In this document: one piece after another, positions 62,707-64,000 of the stretch
Layout of the letters: each line of letters opens with the position of its first letter
How positions within the stretch are numbered: the stretch's first letter is position 1
NCBI RefSeq assembly: GCF_030028105.1
Contig: NC_092382.1
Coordinates: forward strand, 100,084,699-100,148,698
DNA length: 64,000 bases
Reading direction: 5' to 3'
Origin: Mobula birostris
Lineage: Eukaryota
Notes under the pieces: model-generated
The model's input: the letters and a program-made list of their open reading frames with translations, nothing else
Databases searched by the model: none
Told to the model about the DNA's origin: nothing
Position numbers and translations under genes: made by a program

Positions 62707-63174
62707 CGAGAGTGTCACGGGGGTGGGAGATGAAGAAAGCGATAAGGTGGGACGGCGAGAGGGAGAGTGTTGTCTGGTCAATTGTTAGAGCAGAAGCAGC
62801 ACAACTCCCGAATTGTGTTGGAGCATTGATGCTATTCGCTTTGAATCCTCCTTCTTTCACAGTTTGATGTAGACTTCCGAAATTACAAAGTATACGGAGC
62901 ATTAAAAAATCACTCATGATGAGCTGAAGAGGTGAGCACAACAGGGAGAGGGAGGGACGGGGACAGTGACAGAGAGTGCACTGTGTGGCCATACTGGTAG
63001 ACCGGACGCAACAGCCTGGAATCGGGTTGGAGTATGGAAGGGCCGTGGCCAACGGCTACGTCCTCAAATCCTCCTACGTCACTGGGTTACGTAACAAACC
63101 GGATGGAAGTGAACGAATTCGTCTCCGCCGCCCGGACCACTTTCATCACTGAGAGAGTAAACCCTCCAAGGAAG

Positions 63175-63811
63175 ATGTTTCTGTTTCTGCAATTCATCCT
63201 CGCCTTCCGCTGTGAGTCAAAACTCCCAGATATTTTTTTTTCATTCTCTGCTTCTGTCTACCTTTCACGTTCCTTCCACTTGCTTTCCCCTCCCATCGTG
63301 TCGGACCAATTCCTTCTTAATTTACTGGCCATCGCGTCCGCAGACTATCTGCCCTCTGCCGTCGCCATTAAATTCCGATCTCCTCTCGAAGTGTCCGCTT
63401 CTTCAGTCATCGTTTTCGCTTCCTTCAGTGCATCCTGTTTATCCCCATCCCCATTGATCCGCGTCTCCGATTCCCTTTTCCCCGTTCAGCCAAGCTGGTC
63501 TCTTTTTTCCAGACGCGGCCTCGGTGACGATCCACCAGACACCGGCTTTCTCCGGAACTGCCGGCCAGAAGGTGACCCTGAATTGTACAGTAGACGGTAG
63601 TACCAGTGCTACTAACTACTTGTACTGGTACCGACAATATGCGAGAAAGAGTCCGGAGTACATGTTTCGCTCGATAGCAGTTAATTCCGTCGAACCGGAG
63701 GGATTGGTCGACGGTTTTACGGCGGACAGATCGCAGAGCAACGAGTTCTTCCTGACGTCCGACAAACTGGAGGGGATTTCGTCGGCTGTGTATTTCTGCG
63801 CTTGGAGTTAT
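63175..63811 (+). CDS. TRBV: TCR beta V segment, family B (B14), intact
   Basis: Leader 63175-63211, exon 63513-63811; RSS CACGGCG 63812-63818, 23 nt, ACAAAAACC 63842-63850. Confidence 0.88.
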
Positions 63812-64000
63812 CACGGCGGCTCAGACTGACGGGGCAGCCGAACAAAAACCTCGCCGTCAGGAGGGTCTCTGCTTTCATCAAAACAGGAAATACGACTCCT
63901 GTCAATCATCGGGTGGGAGGAGGGTCTATCTGTCAGGCGCTGCGCCGTTGCGGCCAATCAGTGTGAATAAGGGGCGGAGCTATTATGCCGTGACATCTAA

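Noticed and set aside
439-63850. Ig VH/VL, IgNAR or NAR-TCR identity; presence of D, J or C segments
   Set aside because: No octamer-based promoters, all V have leaders, decamer and CAWS/RP signatures fit TRBV; by eye I found no 12-RSS-flanked FGxG J segments or C exons. Beta assignment remains by similarity, not linkage
1088-63905. Recurrent minus-strand ORFs (MNTPGAEI..., MTGVVFPVLL..., MFSGPFPG...)
   Set aside because: Antisense shadows of GC-rich V exons and flanks, repeated only because the V genes are duplicated

Overview
Vertebrate antigen-receptor V-gene array, best read as part of the T-cell receptor beta (TRB) V region of a cartilaginous fish. A ray is likely, but that is inferred only from the elasmobranch-type CR1, V-SINE, Penelope and Tc1 repeats. 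I find 23 V segments with the layout promoter - short leader exon - phase-1 intron - V exon - 23-bp-spacer RSS; 15 look intact and 8 are pseudogenes or fragments. Two further 'ghost' sites keep the 3' flank of a V that is gone. Family labels are mine. Family A/A' has AAYVEQSP...CACSS. Family B is a large expansion with VTIHQTP...YFCAWS, resembling mammalian TRBV30. Family C is a singleton at 26.1 kb, and D is a single inverted V at 30.2-30.9 kb. No D, J or C segments were seen. The array was built by tandem and segmental duplication and has a 472-N gap. Most ORF-track entries are antisense shadows or TE debris. Most interesting observations: (1) the 37-nt family-B leader exon is itself a near-consensus, oppositely oriented 23-RSS; (2) the inverted TRBV30-like V has the only perfect V-RSS and a GC splice donor; (3) CTCF motifs are co-oriented, one ~40 bp behind each family-A RSS; (4) two non-canonical cysteines are lost together in one paralogue. 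All alignments and motif calls were made by eye.
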